From NCBI GenBank assembly GCA_031362155.1, contig JANLRZ010000056.1, positions 39,735-103,734 on the forward strand: a stretch of DNA of 64,000 nt, in the 5' to 3' direction. Numbering within the stretch: position 1 is the stretch's first letter; every line of letters starts with the position of its first letter. Origin of the DNA: Acidimicrobiia bacterium. GTDB taxonomy: Bacteria > Actinomycetota > Acidimicrobiia > IMCC26256 > JAENVU01. Shown here one piece after another: positions 19,920-29,930 of this stretch. The notes under the pieces were generated by a model. It saw nothing but the letters and a program-made list of their open reading frames with translations, was not told the DNA's origin and did not search any database. The position numbers and the translations under genes were made by a program.

Positions 19920-21016
19920 GGAATGCCCTGCGCGAACTGCGCCGCCGACCCCGGCGCTTCTTCGCGATCACCGCGGCGCTCACATTGCTCACGGTGCTGC
20001 TGCTGTTCCTTGGCGGTCTCCTCGATGGCCTCTACCTCGGTGGGACCGGCGCGCTGCGCGCGCCGCGCGCCGACGTCGTCGTCTACTCGGCCGACGCGAA
20101 CAACTCGGTGATCCGGTCGCGAGTCGGCCCCGAGGTGCGGGCCCAGGTCGAGGCCGTGCCCGGCGTGCGTGATGTCGGCGGCCTCGGAGTGAGCCTGCTC
20201 GGCGCGGTCGTGCCGGGGGAAGCCGACCTCGCCGACGCGGCGGTGATCGGATACGAACACCCGCCAATCGGTGTGGCGGCCGTTCCGCCCGCTGGAGAGG
20301 CGTGGGCGGACCGGCGGTTGGAGGCCTTCGGAGTTCGCGCGGGCATGACGTTGCAGCTCGGTCCGGCGCAGATTCCTCTCCGCGTGCGGGGATGGGTCGA
20401 GGACACCAACTACTTGCTGCAAGGCGCACTGTGGGTCTCACCCGCGACCTGGCGGGAGGTCCAGAACGCGAGCCGGCCCGACGCGCAGTTCGCGCCGGGC
20501 ACCTTTCAGGTGTTCGTCGCCTCGGGGCCGGGAAGTGCGTCGGCGCTCGCCGATCGGATCGACGCCGCGACCGGGGGTGCCACCAAGACGCTGACCAAAG
20601 ACGAAGCAGTCTTGGCGTCGCCCGGGACTCGGCAGCAGAAGTCCACGTTCAACGGGATCATCGTCGTGACCTTCGCCGTCGTCGGTCTGGTGGTCGCGCT
20701 GTTCTTCGCGTTGCTCACGTTGGAACGGGCCCCGATCTACGGCGTGTTGAAGGCGCTCGGCACGACCACCCGCCGGCTGTTCGCCGGCGTGCTCGTCCAA
20801 GGGTTGGCACTGGTGGTGATCTCATTCGTCGTCGGCGGTCTGATCACCTACGGGATCGTGAGCTTGCTACCGGCCCGCATCCCGTTGCAGCTGGTGGGAT
20901 CACGTGCGATCACCACCTTGGTCGGTCTCTTGCTGACCGGCGCGATCGGCAGCGCGATCTCGCTTCGCCGTATCGCGCGTATCGACCCGGTCGCCGCCAT
21001 TGGCACCGGAACCTGA
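19916..21016 (+). CDS. ABC transporter permease (FtsX/HrtB-like), second paralogue
   Basis: ATGA overlap with the upstream gene; same architecture; GVLKALG, RIDPVAAIG. Confidence 0.88.
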   Translation: MRNALRELRRRPRRFFAITAALTLLTVLLLFLGGLLDGLYLGGTGALRAPRADVVVYSADANNSVIRSRVGPEVRAQVEAVPGVRDVGGLGVSLLGAVVPGEADLADAAVIGYEHPPIGVAAVPPAGEAWADRRLEAFGVRAGMTLQLGPAQIPLRVRGWVEDTNYLLQGALWVSPATWREVQNASRPDAQFAPGTFQVFVASGPGSASALADRIDAATGGATKTLTKDEAVLASPGTRQQKSTFNGIIVVTFAVVGLVVALFFALLTLERAPIYGVLKALGTTTRRLFAGVLVQGLALVVISFVVGGLITYGIVSLLPARIPLQLVGSRAITTLVGLLLTGAIGSAISLRRIARIDPVAAIGTGT

Positions 21017-21025
21017 GGAGGGCAC

Positions 21026-21718
21026 GTGTCGGCTCTGCAGCTCGAGGCAGTCTCGAAGATCTACCAATCCGGCGACGACGAGATCGTCGCCGTCGATGCC
21101 GCGACCATGACGCTGGGAGACGACGAGATGGTCGCGCTCGTCGGGCCCTCGGGATCGGGGAAGACGACGCTGATCTCGATGGCCGGTGGATTGCTCACGC
21201 CCACTTCCGGCCGGGTCACAGTCGGCGTCGTCGACATTACCGACTTCTCGGCGAAGGAACTCACCCGGTTCCGAGCCGAACACATCGGGTTCGTGTTCCA
21301 GACCGTGAACCTCGTGCCGTTTCTGACCGCGCGGGAGAACTTGATGGTGGTCGGGGAGCTCGCCGGTGGCCGCGCCGGCCGCAAGCGGGCCGGAGGTCGG
21401 GCCGATCAGTTGCTCGAGGAGTTAGGGCTCGGTCGGCGTGGATCCAATCTGCCCGCGCAGCTCTCGGGTGGCGAGCGGCAACGAGTCGCGATCGGACGGG
21501 CGTTGATGAACGAGCCCGAGCTCGTGCTTTTCGACGAGCCGACCTCGGCGCTCGACACCCAACTCGGCGAACAGGTGATGGAGCTGATCCGCTCCGAGGT
21601 CAAGGGCCGTGGTACTGCGGCGGTGATCGTCACCCACGACCAGCGGGTCACGCGCTACTGCGACCGCGTGGTGACGATCATGGATGGTCAGTTGGCCGAG
21701 CCCGTCGGTACGGCCTGA
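21026..21718 (+). CDS. ABC transporter ATP-binding protein (LolD/HrtA-like)
   Basis: GPSGSGKT, LSGGERQRV, FDEPT, VTHD. Confidence 0.95.
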   Translation: MSALQLEAVSKIYQSGDDEIVAVDAATMTLGDDEMVALVGPSGSGKTTLISMAGGLLTPTSGRVTVGVVDITDFSAKELTRFRAEHIGFVFQTVNLVPFLTARENLMVVGELAGGRAGRKRAGGRADQLLEELGLGRRGSNLPAQLSGGERQRVAIGRALMNEPELVLFDEPTSALDTQLGEQVMELIRSEVKGRGTAAVIVTHDQRVTRYCDRVVTIMDGQLAEPVGTA

Positions 21719-21748
21719 CTACCTAGGTACCTCAGTAGGTAGTAATCT
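21718..21748 (+). promoter_or_regulatory. vapBC promoter/operator: inverted repeat ACTACCTA-N10-TAGGTAGT abutting a -10 TAATCT
   Basis: Arms at 21718-21725 and 21736-21743; TAATCT at 21743-21748 lies 6 nt before the vapB ATG. Confidence 0.7.
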
Positions 21749-21754
21749 GGCCCC

Positions 21755-22006
21755 ATGGCCCTGAGCATCAAGAACCCCGAGGTGGAACGGCTGGCCCGGG
21801 AGCTCGCGGAGAAGACCAACGAGTCGATCACCGATGCCGTGCTGATCGCATTGCGGGAGCGCCTCGCGCGTCAGGAAACGGACCGACGGGAAATGCGAGT
21901 GAAGCGCCTGCTCGAGATCAGTGCCGCCGGTCGGGCGCTCCCGCGGCGGGATACTCGCACGATCGAGGAGATCATCGGATACGACGAGCACGGTCTCCCT
22001 ACGTGA
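21755..22006 (+). CDS. vapB: Type II antitoxin VapB (Rv0623-like RHH)
   Basis: [35 protein letters not shown]; C-terminal GYDEHGLP. Confidence 0.9.
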   Translation: MALSIKNPEVERLARELAEKTNESITDAVLIALRERLARQETDRREMRVKRLLEISAAGRALPRRDTRTIEEIIGYDEHGLPT

Positions 22007-22404
22007 CCGGACTGGTCGTCGACTCGTCGGCGCTGGTAGCGATCGTCCTCGGCGAAGAGGGTGCCGATGAGCTGGATCGTCTGCTCGGCGAGCACGATTC
22101 GATGGTGTCCGCGGCGACGTTGCTGGAGACATCGATTGTGGTCGAGGCGCGAGAAGGACTGAGCGCCGCCGCGTTGCTCGATGATGCGTTGCGATACGGC
22201 GAGGTCGAGGTCGTCGAGATCGACGAAGACCTGGCGCGCCTGGCAGTGCGTTCGTGGCGGCGTTACGGGAAAGGCAACCATCGTGCGGCGCTCAACTTCG
22301 GTGATTGCTTCGTGCACGCGCTGGCCAGCGACCGCGGTCTCCCAATCCTGTGCGTCGGCGACGACTTCGTTCAGACCGACGTCGAGGTCCTACCGGCCCG
22401 CTGA
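22003..22404 (+). CDS. vapC: Type II toxin VapC (PIN ribonuclease)
   Basis: [24 protein letters not shown]; GTGA overlap with vapB. Confidence 0.92.
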   Translation: MTGLVVDSSALVAIVLGEEGADELDRLLGEHDSMVSAATLLETSIVVEAREGLSAAALLDDALRYGEVEVVEIDEDLARLAVRSWRRYGKGNHRAALNFGDCFVHALASDRGLPILCVGDDFVQTDVEVLPAR

Positions 22405-22409
22405 CTTCT

Positions 22410-22970
22410 TCACCGGTCAGGTGCGCGCGACCACCCGATGGCCTCGGCCCACGCGTTCGCTCGCACCGTGATGTCGGCGACGACGTCGGACTTCGCCAGC
22501 GCGTAGTCGTTCATGTCGGCCCACGTGCGGGTCGTAAGTTCGCGCTTGACGGCCTCGTACGTCTCGCGGTCCTTGGCATCGAAGCGGAGCCAGTCCCGAA
22601 ACAGCAGGTGTCGGTCGATGTCGTCTGCATCGCGCCAGAAGTGGATGTGCACGTCCCGCGCCGGGGTACGGACCATGAGGTGGTTCGGCTCCCGCACCCG
22701 GAGGTGGTACCCGGCCCGTTCCAGTGGCGGGATGTCCCGGTGCTCGTCGAGACCGTCGATCTCCACCTGGATGTCGATGACCGGTTTCGCGCCGAGACCG
22801 GGCACGCTCGTGGATCCGATGTGCTCGATGGCCCGAGCATGGGGGAGCGCCGCCGCGATCTTGGCCCGTTCGTGTTGGAACCGGTCCGGCCAGGTGGGGT
22901 CGTACGGCTCGATCACGACCGGCCGCGGTTCAGGCCCACCGACCAGCCACTCGGTGTCGTCGTCGCTCAC
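22410..22970 (-). CDS. GrpB/UPF0157 family nucleotidyltransferase-fold protein
   Basis: YDPTWP..F, IEHIGSTSVPGLGAKPVIDI, HLLFRDWLR, YEAVK. Confidence 0.9.
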   Translation of the reverse strand: MSDDDTEWLVGGPEPRPVVIEPYDPTWPDRFQHERAKIAAALPHARAIEHIGSTSVPGLGAKPVIDIQVEIDGLDEHRDIPPLERAGYHLRVREPNHLMVRTPARDVHIHFWRDADDIDRHLLFRDWLRFDAKDRETYEAVKRELTTRTWADMNDYALAKSDVVADITVRANAWAEAIGWSRAPDR

Positions 22971-23043
22971 GGCCGGGACCGTAGCTGGCCGACGGTAGCG
23001 GCGACGTTTGACCGAACGAGCTGCCAAGCCCCAGGATGCGCGC

Positions 23044-24096
23044 ATGCGTGCAGCGATTGCCCGGAAGGGTCAGATGGTCGTGGGTGAGGTGGCCGAACCG
23101 GTCCTCGCCCCCGGCGAAATCCTCCTCGGTGTCCAGGCCTGTGGGATCTGCGGTTCCGATCTCCACACCCTGCGCCACGCCCACTCGATGTTGGCGCTGG
23201 CCAGCATGACCGGTGCCGAGAACCCGTTCGACCCGGACGCGGATTTCGTCATGGGTCACGAGTTCTGCGGCGAGGTGCTCGAGCTCGCGCCGGGAACCGA
23301 GGGCGCGCCGGTCAAGGTCGGCGATATCGCCGTGAGCCTGCCGATGGCGTTCGCGCCTCATGGGTTGGAACTCATCGGCTTCTCGAACAACTACGTCGGG
23401 GCGTTCGCCGAGCGCATGCAACTCACCGCGGCGATGTGTCTGCCCGTTCCCAACGGTCTCGACCCGAAGATCGCCGCGCTCACCGAACCGATCGCAGTGG
23501 CGGTGCACGCGGTCAACAAGTCCGGCATTCGCCCCGGCGAAGGCGCGCTCGTGCTCGGCGCCGGCCCGATCGGGCTCGCGCTCATCGCAGTGTTGAAGGG
23601 TCGGGGGATTGCACCGATCGTGGCGAGTGACTTCTCGCCGCGGCGGCGGGAGCTGGCGATCGCGATGGGGGCGACGGCGGTGGTCGATCCCGGCGTCGAG
23701 ACTGCGATGGATGGATGGAACCGTGCGACGGGCGGGGCGACACCGGTCGTGTTCGAGGCCATCGGGGTTCCCGGGATCCTCGACGACATCTGCCGCACGG
23801 TCCCGCCCCAGACTCGCATCACGATCGTCGGCGTGTGCATGGAGCCCGACACATTCCTGCCGCTCGTGGCGGTCGCCAAGGAACTGCAGTTCCAGTTCGT
23901 GATCTATTACGACCCGGCCGAGTTCGGTGACACGCTTCGGCAACTGGCTGAAGGCGAGATCGACCCGTCACCGCTGATCACCGGGGTCGTCGGGATCGAC
24001 GGTGTCCCCGATGCGTTCGCCGAGTTGGCGAGCCCGGACACCCATGCCAAGGTCATCGTCGACCCCGGGGCCGGCGCGGCCATCACGCCCCTCTGA
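23044..24096 (+). CDS. Zinc-dependent medium-chain dehydrogenase
   Basis: CGICGSDLH, GHEFCG, EP, GAGPIG. Confidence 0.9.
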   Translation: MRAAIARKGQMVVGEVAEPVLAPGEILLGVQACGICGSDLHTLRHAHSMLALASMTGAENPFDPDADFVMGHEFCGEVLELAPGTEGAPVKVGDIAVSLPMAFAPHGLELIGFSNNYVGAFAERMQLTAAMCLPVPNGLDPKIAALTEPIAVAVHAVNKSGIRPGEGALVLGAGPIGLALIAVLKGRGIAPIVASDFSPRRRELAIAMGATAVVDPGVETAMDGWNRATGGATPVVFEAIGVPGILDDICRTVPPQTRITIVGVCMEPDTFLPLVAVAKELQFQFVIYYDPAEFGDTLRQLAEGEIDPSPLITGVVGIDGVPDAFAELASPDTHAKVIVDPGAGAAITPL

Positions 24097-24258
24097 ACGC
24101 ACCCGACGCACCGCTCGGTTCGCGCCTGATTTCCGGGTCCGGCCGGGGTTTGGGCTCCGCTTCGACATGAACGGCGTCGGGACGCCAGAATCTTGGACGC
24201 AATCCGAGGGGCCGCCGATCTCCCGGCGAGTCCCGTCCAGCCTCTGGGAGCGTCCAGT

Positions 24259-25029
24259 ATGAACGTCGTCGTCTGCGTCAAGCAGATCCCCGACCCGGCG
24301 GTGCCGGGCGAACTCGATAGCGACCACACGCTGAAGCGTGAGGGCAAGCTGATCTTGGATGAGTCCGACAGCTACGGCGTGGAAATGGCGTTGCAGCTCG
24401 TCGACAAGGCCGGCGGCGGCGAGGTCACGCTGATCTCGATGGCACCCAACGGCGAAGTGTCGGGTCTGCGTACTGCGTTGGCGATGGGGGCCGCGAAGGC
24501 GATCCTCGTCTCCGATGACGCGCTCGCCGGTGCCGACGCCCTGACGACGTCCAAGGTGCTCGCCAAGTGCGTCGAGCGTGCGGGTGAGGTCGACCTCGTC
24601 CTCACCGCCACCGAGTCGACCGATGGCTACACCGGAACCATTCCGGCCGCCATGGCCGAGTTGCTCGGTTGGCCGTCGCTGACCTTCGCCAAGGAGGTCA
24701 CCCTCGACGGCGGATCAGCCACGATCCAACGCCAGACCGAAGCCGGGTACGACGTCGTCTCGGCGTCACTTCCGGCAGTGGTCAGCGTGACCGCCGGTGT
24801 CGTCGAGCCGCGCTACCCGTCGTTCAAGGGGATCATGGCGGCGAAGTCGAAGCCGGTCGACCAGGTGACCGCAGGCGACCTCGGTCTGAGCGCCGATACC
24901 ATCGCGCCGAACCAGACCATCGTCTCGGTGACGGCGGCCCCGGCTCGAGAGGCCGGCGAGAAGATCGAAGACGACGGCACCGCATTCGAGAAGGTTGTCG
25001 AGTTCCTCGACGGTCTCAAGGTCATCTGA
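24259..25029 (+). CDS. etfB: Electron transfer flavoprotein beta subunit
   Basis: VVCVKQIPD, ALAMGA, EPRYPSFKGIMAAK. Confidence 0.95.
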   Translation: MNVVVCVKQIPDPAVPGELDSDHTLKREGKLILDESDSYGVEMALQLVDKAGGGEVTLISMAPNGEVSGLRTALAMGAAKAILVSDDALAGADALTTSKVLAKCVERAGEVDLVLTATESTDGYTGTIPAAMAELLGWPSLTFAKEVTLDGGSATIQRQTEAGYDVVSASLPAVVSVTAGVVEPRYPSFKGIMAAKSKPVDQVTAGDLGLSADTIAPNQTIVSVTAAPAREAGEKIEDDGTAFEKVVEFLDGLKVI

Positions 25030-25048
25030 GAGTAGGGGAGCAGACACG

Positions 25049-26008
25049 ATGAAGATTTGGGTGTACGCAGAATCCGAAGGTGACGCGCCGACGACCGCGA
25101 CGCTCGAGCTGATCACGAAGGCTCGGGAGCTCGGAACCGTCGAGGCGGTCTACGTCGGTGACAACGCCGCGGCGGTGGCTCCGGCCCTCGGCGAGTACGG
25201 CGTCGCCAAGGTGTTCGCGGTCGACGCTGCCGGCAGCCTGGCCGGGGTCATGGGTGCCGCAGCGATCGCGGGTCTGGTCGAGGCCGAGGCCCCGGACCTG
25301 ATCCTGTTCGCACAGACCTACGACGGTCGGGATGCCATTGCCCGGTTGTCGGTCAAGCTCGACCGTACGGTGCTGACCAACGGCATGACGCTGGTCGTCG
25401 ACGGCGACACGATCACCGTGGGCACCGCGATCTTCGGCGGGAACACGCTCGTCGACACCAAGTTCGACGGCGCGAAGCCGTGCCTGGCGGCCATCCGGCC
25501 GAAGTCGTTCGTGGCCGAGCCGGGTGGCGCGGCGGCGGCCGAAGTCGTCAGCGTCGGGACGCCCGACGCGGGGCGTGCGGCCGAGGCCAAGGTGCTCGAA
25601 ACCCATGTCGAAGAGCGCGAAGGGCCGAAGCTCGAAGAGTCGGCGATCGTCGTCTCCGGCGGTCGCGGCATCGGCGCGGCGGAGAACTACGACCCGCTCG
25701 TCGAGGATCTCGCCAAGCTGCTCGGTGGAGCGTCGGGTGCTTCCCGGGCAATCGTCGACGCTGGCTGGGTGCCGTATTCGAAGCAGGTCGGACAGACCGG
25801 CAAGACCGTGAAGCCGAAGGTGTATCTCGCCCTCGGGATCAGCGGGGCGACCCAGCACATGGTGGGCATGAAGGGCTCGGACAACATCATCGCCATCAAC
25901 AAGGACGGTGAAGCGCCGATCTTCTCGGTGGCCGACCTCGGCATCGTGGGCGATGTCCACAAGGTCGTCCCGAAGCTGATCGAGGCGATCAAGGCTCGCA
26001 AGGGCTGA
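25049..26008 (+). CDS. etfA: Electron transfer flavoprotein alpha subunit
   Basis: [36 protein letters not shown]. Confidence 0.95.
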   Translation: MKIWVYAESEGDAPTTATLELITKARELGTVEAVYVGDNAAAVAPALGEYGVAKVFAVDAAGSLAGVMGAAAIAGLVEAEAPDLILFAQTYDGRDAIARLSVKLDRTVLTNGMTLVVDGDTITVGTAIFGGNTLVDTKFDGAKPCLAAIRPKSFVAEPGGAAAAEVVSVGTPDAGRAAEAKVLETHVEEREGPKLEESAIVVSGGRGIGAAENYDPLVEDLAKLLGGASGASRAIVDAGWVPYSKQVGQTGKTVKPKVYLALGISGATQHMVGMKGSDNIIAINKDGEAPIFSVADLGIVGDVHKVVPKLIEAIKARKG

Positions 26009-26041
26009 GCGCTCGCGCTGACGCCCTCGCACGGGCATCGA

Positions 26042-26081
26042 ACATGATGAAGGCGGCGCCGCGGCGCCGCCTTCATCATGT
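26042..26081. terminator. Perfect 40-bp palindrome between convergent genes, probable bidirectional terminator
   Basis: acatgatgaaggcggcgccg|cggcgccgccttcatcatgt. Confidence 0.7.
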
Positions 26082-26098
26082 CTGTCGGAATGAGCCGG

Positions 26099-26554
26099 TC
26101 AGCTCGAAGGGGGCGTTTCCGGAGGAAGCCCCGCCGGGCCGACCGTGGCCGCGTCGACGACCCATTTCTTGTCGGGCGCGGTGAGGATGAAGACCACTTG
26201 GCCACCCGGACGGGTCCAGGTGCACGTCTTCGACGCGGATTTCGCACCGAAGGTCTGGGTGCAGCCGCCCCAGACCAGGCCCTTGACCTCGTTGGGTTTG
26301 ATCTTCAGGAGCGCAACCTTGCCGTCGGAGGTCGACAGCCTGGCGATGGTGGCGGTGTTGGCGTCGGCGATCGCGTCGCGGACCTCGTGTGCGATCTTGA
26401 ACGGTCCGGCGCCGGTCTCCTCGCTCTGGGTCAGTTTGTAGGCCGCGAAGCCACCGCCGGCCAGCACGATGACGGCGATGATGGCGATGACGATGGTCCG
26501 CGTGGACGACGAGGACTTCGACGCGGTCGGATCTGGAGTTGGAGTGTCGGTCAT
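26099..26554 (-). CDS. Hypothetical membrane-anchored protein
   Basis: Single N-terminal TM ([15 protein letters not shown]) and two Cys in the extracellular part; TAGCGT 7 nt before the ATG. Confidence 0.7.
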   Translation of the reverse strand: MTDTPTPDPTASKSSSSTRTIVIAIIAVIVLAGGGFAAYKLTQSEETGAGPFKIAHEVRDAIADANTATIARLSTSDGKVALLKIKPNEVKGLVWGGCTQTFGAKSASKTCTWTRPGGQVVFILTAPDKKWVVDAATVGPAGLPPETPPSS

Positions 26555-26581
26555 AGACGGAACGCTATACGTCTCTGAGGT

Positions 26582-27361
26582 TCAGTCGGTGAGATCGACG
26601 ACCACTGGCGCGTGGTCTGACGGTTGCTTGCCTTTCCGGGCATTTCGGTCGACGAGGGCCCAGGTGACCCGCTCGGCCACGGGTGCGCTCGCGAGCACGA
26701 GGTCGATCCGCATCCCCCGGCCCTGATGGAAGTCGCCGCGGCGGTAATCCCAGTAGCTGTAGAGGTGGTCGGTGTCATACACCTGGCGGAAGGCGTCGAC
26801 GAGGCCCCACGCCTCCAGCGCGCGCACCGCGTCGCGCTCGGGCTCGGTCACGTGGGTGGATCCGGCAAAGGCCTTCATCGACCAGACGTCTCGGTCCTCG
26901 GGCGCAACGTTGAAGTCGCCGGTGATCACGACAGGGTCCTGTGGCGTGTGGTGGGCGTCGAGCCATTCGGCGAGTCGGGCGAACCATTCGAGCTTGCGGT
27001 TGTAGAACTCGCTCGGGACTTCACGCCCGTTCGGGACGTAGACGCTCACCACCCGAATGCCACCACAGGTGGCCGCCAGCATGCGGGCGTCGCCTTCGTA
27101 CGGGTCGACGACGTCGGCACCGAAGCCGTTCTGGGGGTCTTCGATGCCGACCTTGGACAGGATCGCCACGCCGTTCCACTGCCCTTGACCATGGTGGACG
27201 CTCTCGTAGCCGAGCGCCGAGAACGCCATCGCCGGGAAGGCCTTGTCGGCCATCTTGGTCTCCTGCAGACAGAGCACGTCGGGCTGCGCGTACTCGAGCC
27301 ACTCCTCGACGCGTTCGAGTCGCGCCTTCAGCGAGTTGACGTTCCAGGTGGCGATGCGCAC
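26582..27361 (-). CDS. xth: Exodeoxyribonuclease III
   Basis: ATWNVNS, LQETK, YVPNG, GDFN, RID, SDHAP. Confidence 0.95.
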   Translation of the reverse strand: MRIATWNVNSLKARLERVEEWLEYAQPDVLCLQETKMADKAFPAMAFSALGYESVHHGQGQWNGVAILSKVGIEDPQNGFGADVVDPYEGDARMLAATCGGIRVVSVYVPNGREVPSEFYNRKLEWFARLAEWLDAHHTPQDPVVITGDFNVAPEDRDVWSMKAFAGSTHVTEPERDAVRALEAWGLVDAFRQVYDTDHLYSYWDYRRGDFHQGRGMRIDLVLASAPVAERVTWALVDRNARKGKQPSDHAPVVVDLTD

Positions 27362-27372
27362 GACGGGAGTTC

Positions 27373-28758
27373 CTAACGGCCGGAAGCGATGTAGTCGGGA
27401 TTGCTCACTGCGAGCTTCGACCGTACCGAAGCGCGCACGGCCGCGAAGACTTCGTCGGCGCGATCCGCGAACCCGCCGGCGCGGATACGAGCCGCGAGCT
27501 CGACGGTCTGCTCGCGGACTGGTGCGTCGAGCCCGGTGAGTGCGCGCAGCCGTGTCCGTTCGGCCGTGTATTGGTCGGCCCCCAGGTGCAGTTCGCGTGC
27601 GACCGTCGCCAGCACCTTGGACGCGACCCGCGCGTGGAAGGCCACGCGCCCCTCACCGGTCATCACGTCGCGTTCGAGATACTCCTGCACCGACTCGAGG
27701 AGTTCCACCGCGGTGGGCCGGTCGTGCATGGTGGGCATCTCGGCCGGCCCGGCGGCGGGCGGAGCCGGTGCCGGGTCGGGGTCGATGAGGTCGAGCAGGT
27801 CCCATTCCATCTCGGCGATCCGTCGCCCGAGGGCGGCGAGTTCTACCGAGCGCACGAGACCCTGGAGATGGGAGAAGGCCTGCATCTCGCAGATGACGCC
27901 CCACTTCAGGGTGCCGAACACTTCCCAGTAGCGCAGATGCTCACGGGTCACGGTTGACCCACCGGCGGCGGCGTAACTCGCGAGAAGCTCGTCGACGGTC
28001 CCGAATCCACCCGCGACCAGGTCGACGTTGCCGAACCGCCACGATTTCACGCACAGCCACCCGAGATCCTCGATCGGGTCGCCGATGTGAGCGAGTTCCC
28101 AGTCGAGCACCGAACGGAGGCCATCGCGGTCGACGATGAAGTTGCCGTTGCGGAAGTCGCCGTGCACGAGGCCGAGCTCGGTCGGGGGGAGCTCGGTCGC
28201 AGTCGTCCGCAGCCAGGCGAGGCCGAGTTCGAAGGCCGGATGGGGTTCGCCGAGCGCGTCGAGGATGCCTTGGAACTGATCGATCTGATTGATCGCGTCT
28301 TGGCGCGGCAGCCGGGGAAGGGCGTCCAGCGGGATCGCGTGGATGGCGACCGCGGCCCGGGCGCATTGCTCGGTGAGTTGGGTCCGGGCCGTGGCGTACT
28401 CGTCGTCGCGCAGGATCTTGCGGGGGATGGTCTCGCCGTCGACCCGGTCCATGACGAACCCGGCGCCCAGCCCGTCGTCTTCATCGAGGAGGAAACGGAC
28501 CCGCGGCACGGCCACGCCTCCGGCGCCGGCGGCCTGGAGGAGTTGGTACTCGGTCGAGCGATCGGTGGAGCCGATCGTGGCGCCGGGGTCGCGCCGGAGC
28601 ACCAGGTGATGCCCGCCGTCGCGTGCGCTGACGGCGGTGAAGGCCCAGGTCTCTCGCGACGCGCCGCCGGAGAGCCGGCGCAAGTCCTGGATCGTGACGT
28701 CGTCGTCGAGATGGCGGCGGCACGCGGCCGCGAGCAGAGGGGCGTCGACAGCGGACAT
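27373..28758 (-). CDS. APH-family phosphotransferase fused to a C-terminal helical domain (DUF6285-like)
   Basis: SGGASRETW, HGDFRNGN, LDWELAHIGDP; Pro linker then MHDRPTAVELL..KLAVSNPDY. Confidence 0.85.
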   Translation of the reverse strand: MSAVDAPLLAAACRRHLDDDVTIQDLRRLSGGASRETWAFTAVSARDGGHHLVLRRDPGATIGSTDRSTEYQLLQAAGAGGVAVPRVRFLLDEDDGLGAGFVMDRVDGETIPRKILRDDEYATARTQLTEQCARAAVAIHAIPLDALPRLPRQDAINQIDQFQGILDALGEPHPAFELGLAWLRTTATELPPTELGLVHGDFRNGNFIVDRDGLRSVLDWELAHIGDPIEDLGWLCVKSWRFGNVDLVAGGFGTVDELLASYAAAGGSTVTREHLRYWEVFGTLKWGVICEMQAFSHLQGLVRSVELAALGRRIAEMEWDLLDLIDPDPAPAPPAAGPAEMPTMHDRPTAVELLESVQEYLERDVMTGEGRVAFHARVASKVLATVARELHLGADQYTAERTRLRALTGLDAPVREQTVELAARIRAGGFADRADEVFAAVRASVRSKLAVSNPDYIASGR

Positions 28759-28832
28759 GGCGTCAAACTAGACACTCGGAAGATGGCAGGGCTCGCCGGC
28801 AGCCCTGTTGTGCCCGATTCGAGGAGCCCCGC

Positions 28833-29255
28833 ATGGTGGACCGTTGTGATGCTGACTTGCTCGCCGAGGTGCCGCTCTTCGCGACGTTGTCCGACGCCGA
28901 ACGTCGTCGGATTGCGGCGGTGGCCAAGCGGGTGACCTATCGGGAGGGCGCGACGGTCGTCGAGGAAGGCTCGTTGGGTGGCCGCTTCTTCGTGATCCAG
29001 GCCGGCACGGCCAAGGTGCAGACCGGCGGTCGCACTCGGATCACGCTCGGTCCCGGCGCCTACTTCGGCGAGCTCGCCGTGCTCGACGGACAACCGCGAT
29101 CCGCGTCGGTCATCGCGACCAGCGCGCTCGACACCTGGTCGATTGCCGAGTTCAACTTCCGCGCCCTGATCAAGCAGTACCCGGTGCTGGCGGTGAAGCT
29201 GCTCGCGAGCTTGAGTACCCGGGTGAGGGCCGCCGAGCGATCGTTGGTGACATGA
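28833..29255 (+). CDS. Stand-alone cyclic nucleotide-binding domain protein
   Basis: VPLF, EG, FFVI..G, YFGELAVLDGQPRSASV. Confidence 0.88.
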   Translation: MVDRCDADLLAEVPLFATLSDAERRRIAAVAKRVTYREGATVVEEGSLGGRFFVIQAGTAKVQTGGRTRITLGPGAYFGELAVLDGQPRSASVIATSALDTWSIAEFNFRALIKQYPVLAVKLLASLSTRVRAAERSLVT

Positions 29256-29869
29256 GTTGGTACACCGAACGTGTCCTTCCGCACATCGTCGAGTTCACGT
29301 GCGGGGGCAAGCAGATGGTCCCCGTGCGAGTACCGGCACTGGCTGGCCTGCGCGGCACCGTGGTCGAGATCGGGTTCGGATCGGGACCCAATATCGGTCT
29401 GTATCCGCCGGAGGTCGACCGAGTCCTGGCCGTGGAACCGTCGGCGCGCGCGCAGGAGATGGCCAGGAAGCGCATGGCGGGCACGCCCCACCCGCCGATC
29501 GAGTTCGTCGGCCTCGACGGCGCGTTGCTGCCCGTCGAGAGCGGGAGCGCCGATGCCGTGCTCTCGACGTTCACGTTGTGCACGATTCCCGACATCGACG
29601 CGGCGATGAGTGAAATCGTGCGCGTCCTGCGGCCGGGGGGTGCGTTGTACTTCCTTGAGCACGGCCGGAGCGAGGATCCGAAGGTGCTCGCCCGACAACG
29701 GCGATTTGAACCGATTCAACGCCGCATCGGTGGCGGATGTCACCTCACCCGCGATCCGGCCGAGTTGGCCGAGCACGCCGGTCTGGCGGTCGAAGCCCTG
29801 GATCGTTTTGTACTGCAAGGCCCGAAGATCCTCACCACGATGTCGTGCGGGCGCGCACAAAAGCCTTAG
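29252..29869 (+). CDS. Class I SAM-dependent methyltransferase (METTL7/PmtA-like)
   Basis: VVEIGFGSGPN, FTLCTIPD, RVLRPGG, LEHG, GGCHL. Confidence 0.9.
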   Translation: MSWYTERVLPHIVEFTCGGKQMVPVRVPALAGLRGTVVEIGFGSGPNIGLYPPEVDRVLAVEPSARAQEMARKRMAGTPHPPIEFVGLDGALLPVESGSADAVLSTFTLCTIPDIDAAMSEIVRVLRPGGALYFLEHGRSEDPKVLARQRRFEPIQRRIGGGCHLTRDPAELAEHAGLAVEALDRFVLQGPKILTTMSCGRAQKP

Positions 29870-29930
29870 GGAACAGGCCACACTGGTCGAATACACCGTT
29901 ATACACACCAGTTCTGAGAGACTTGACCCC

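Noticed and set aside
10499-28758. APH-fold kinases as aminoglycoside resistance genes
   Set aside because: Their motifs and lipid-metabolism context match the broad ACAD10/EcKinase-like families rather than characterised APH enzymes.
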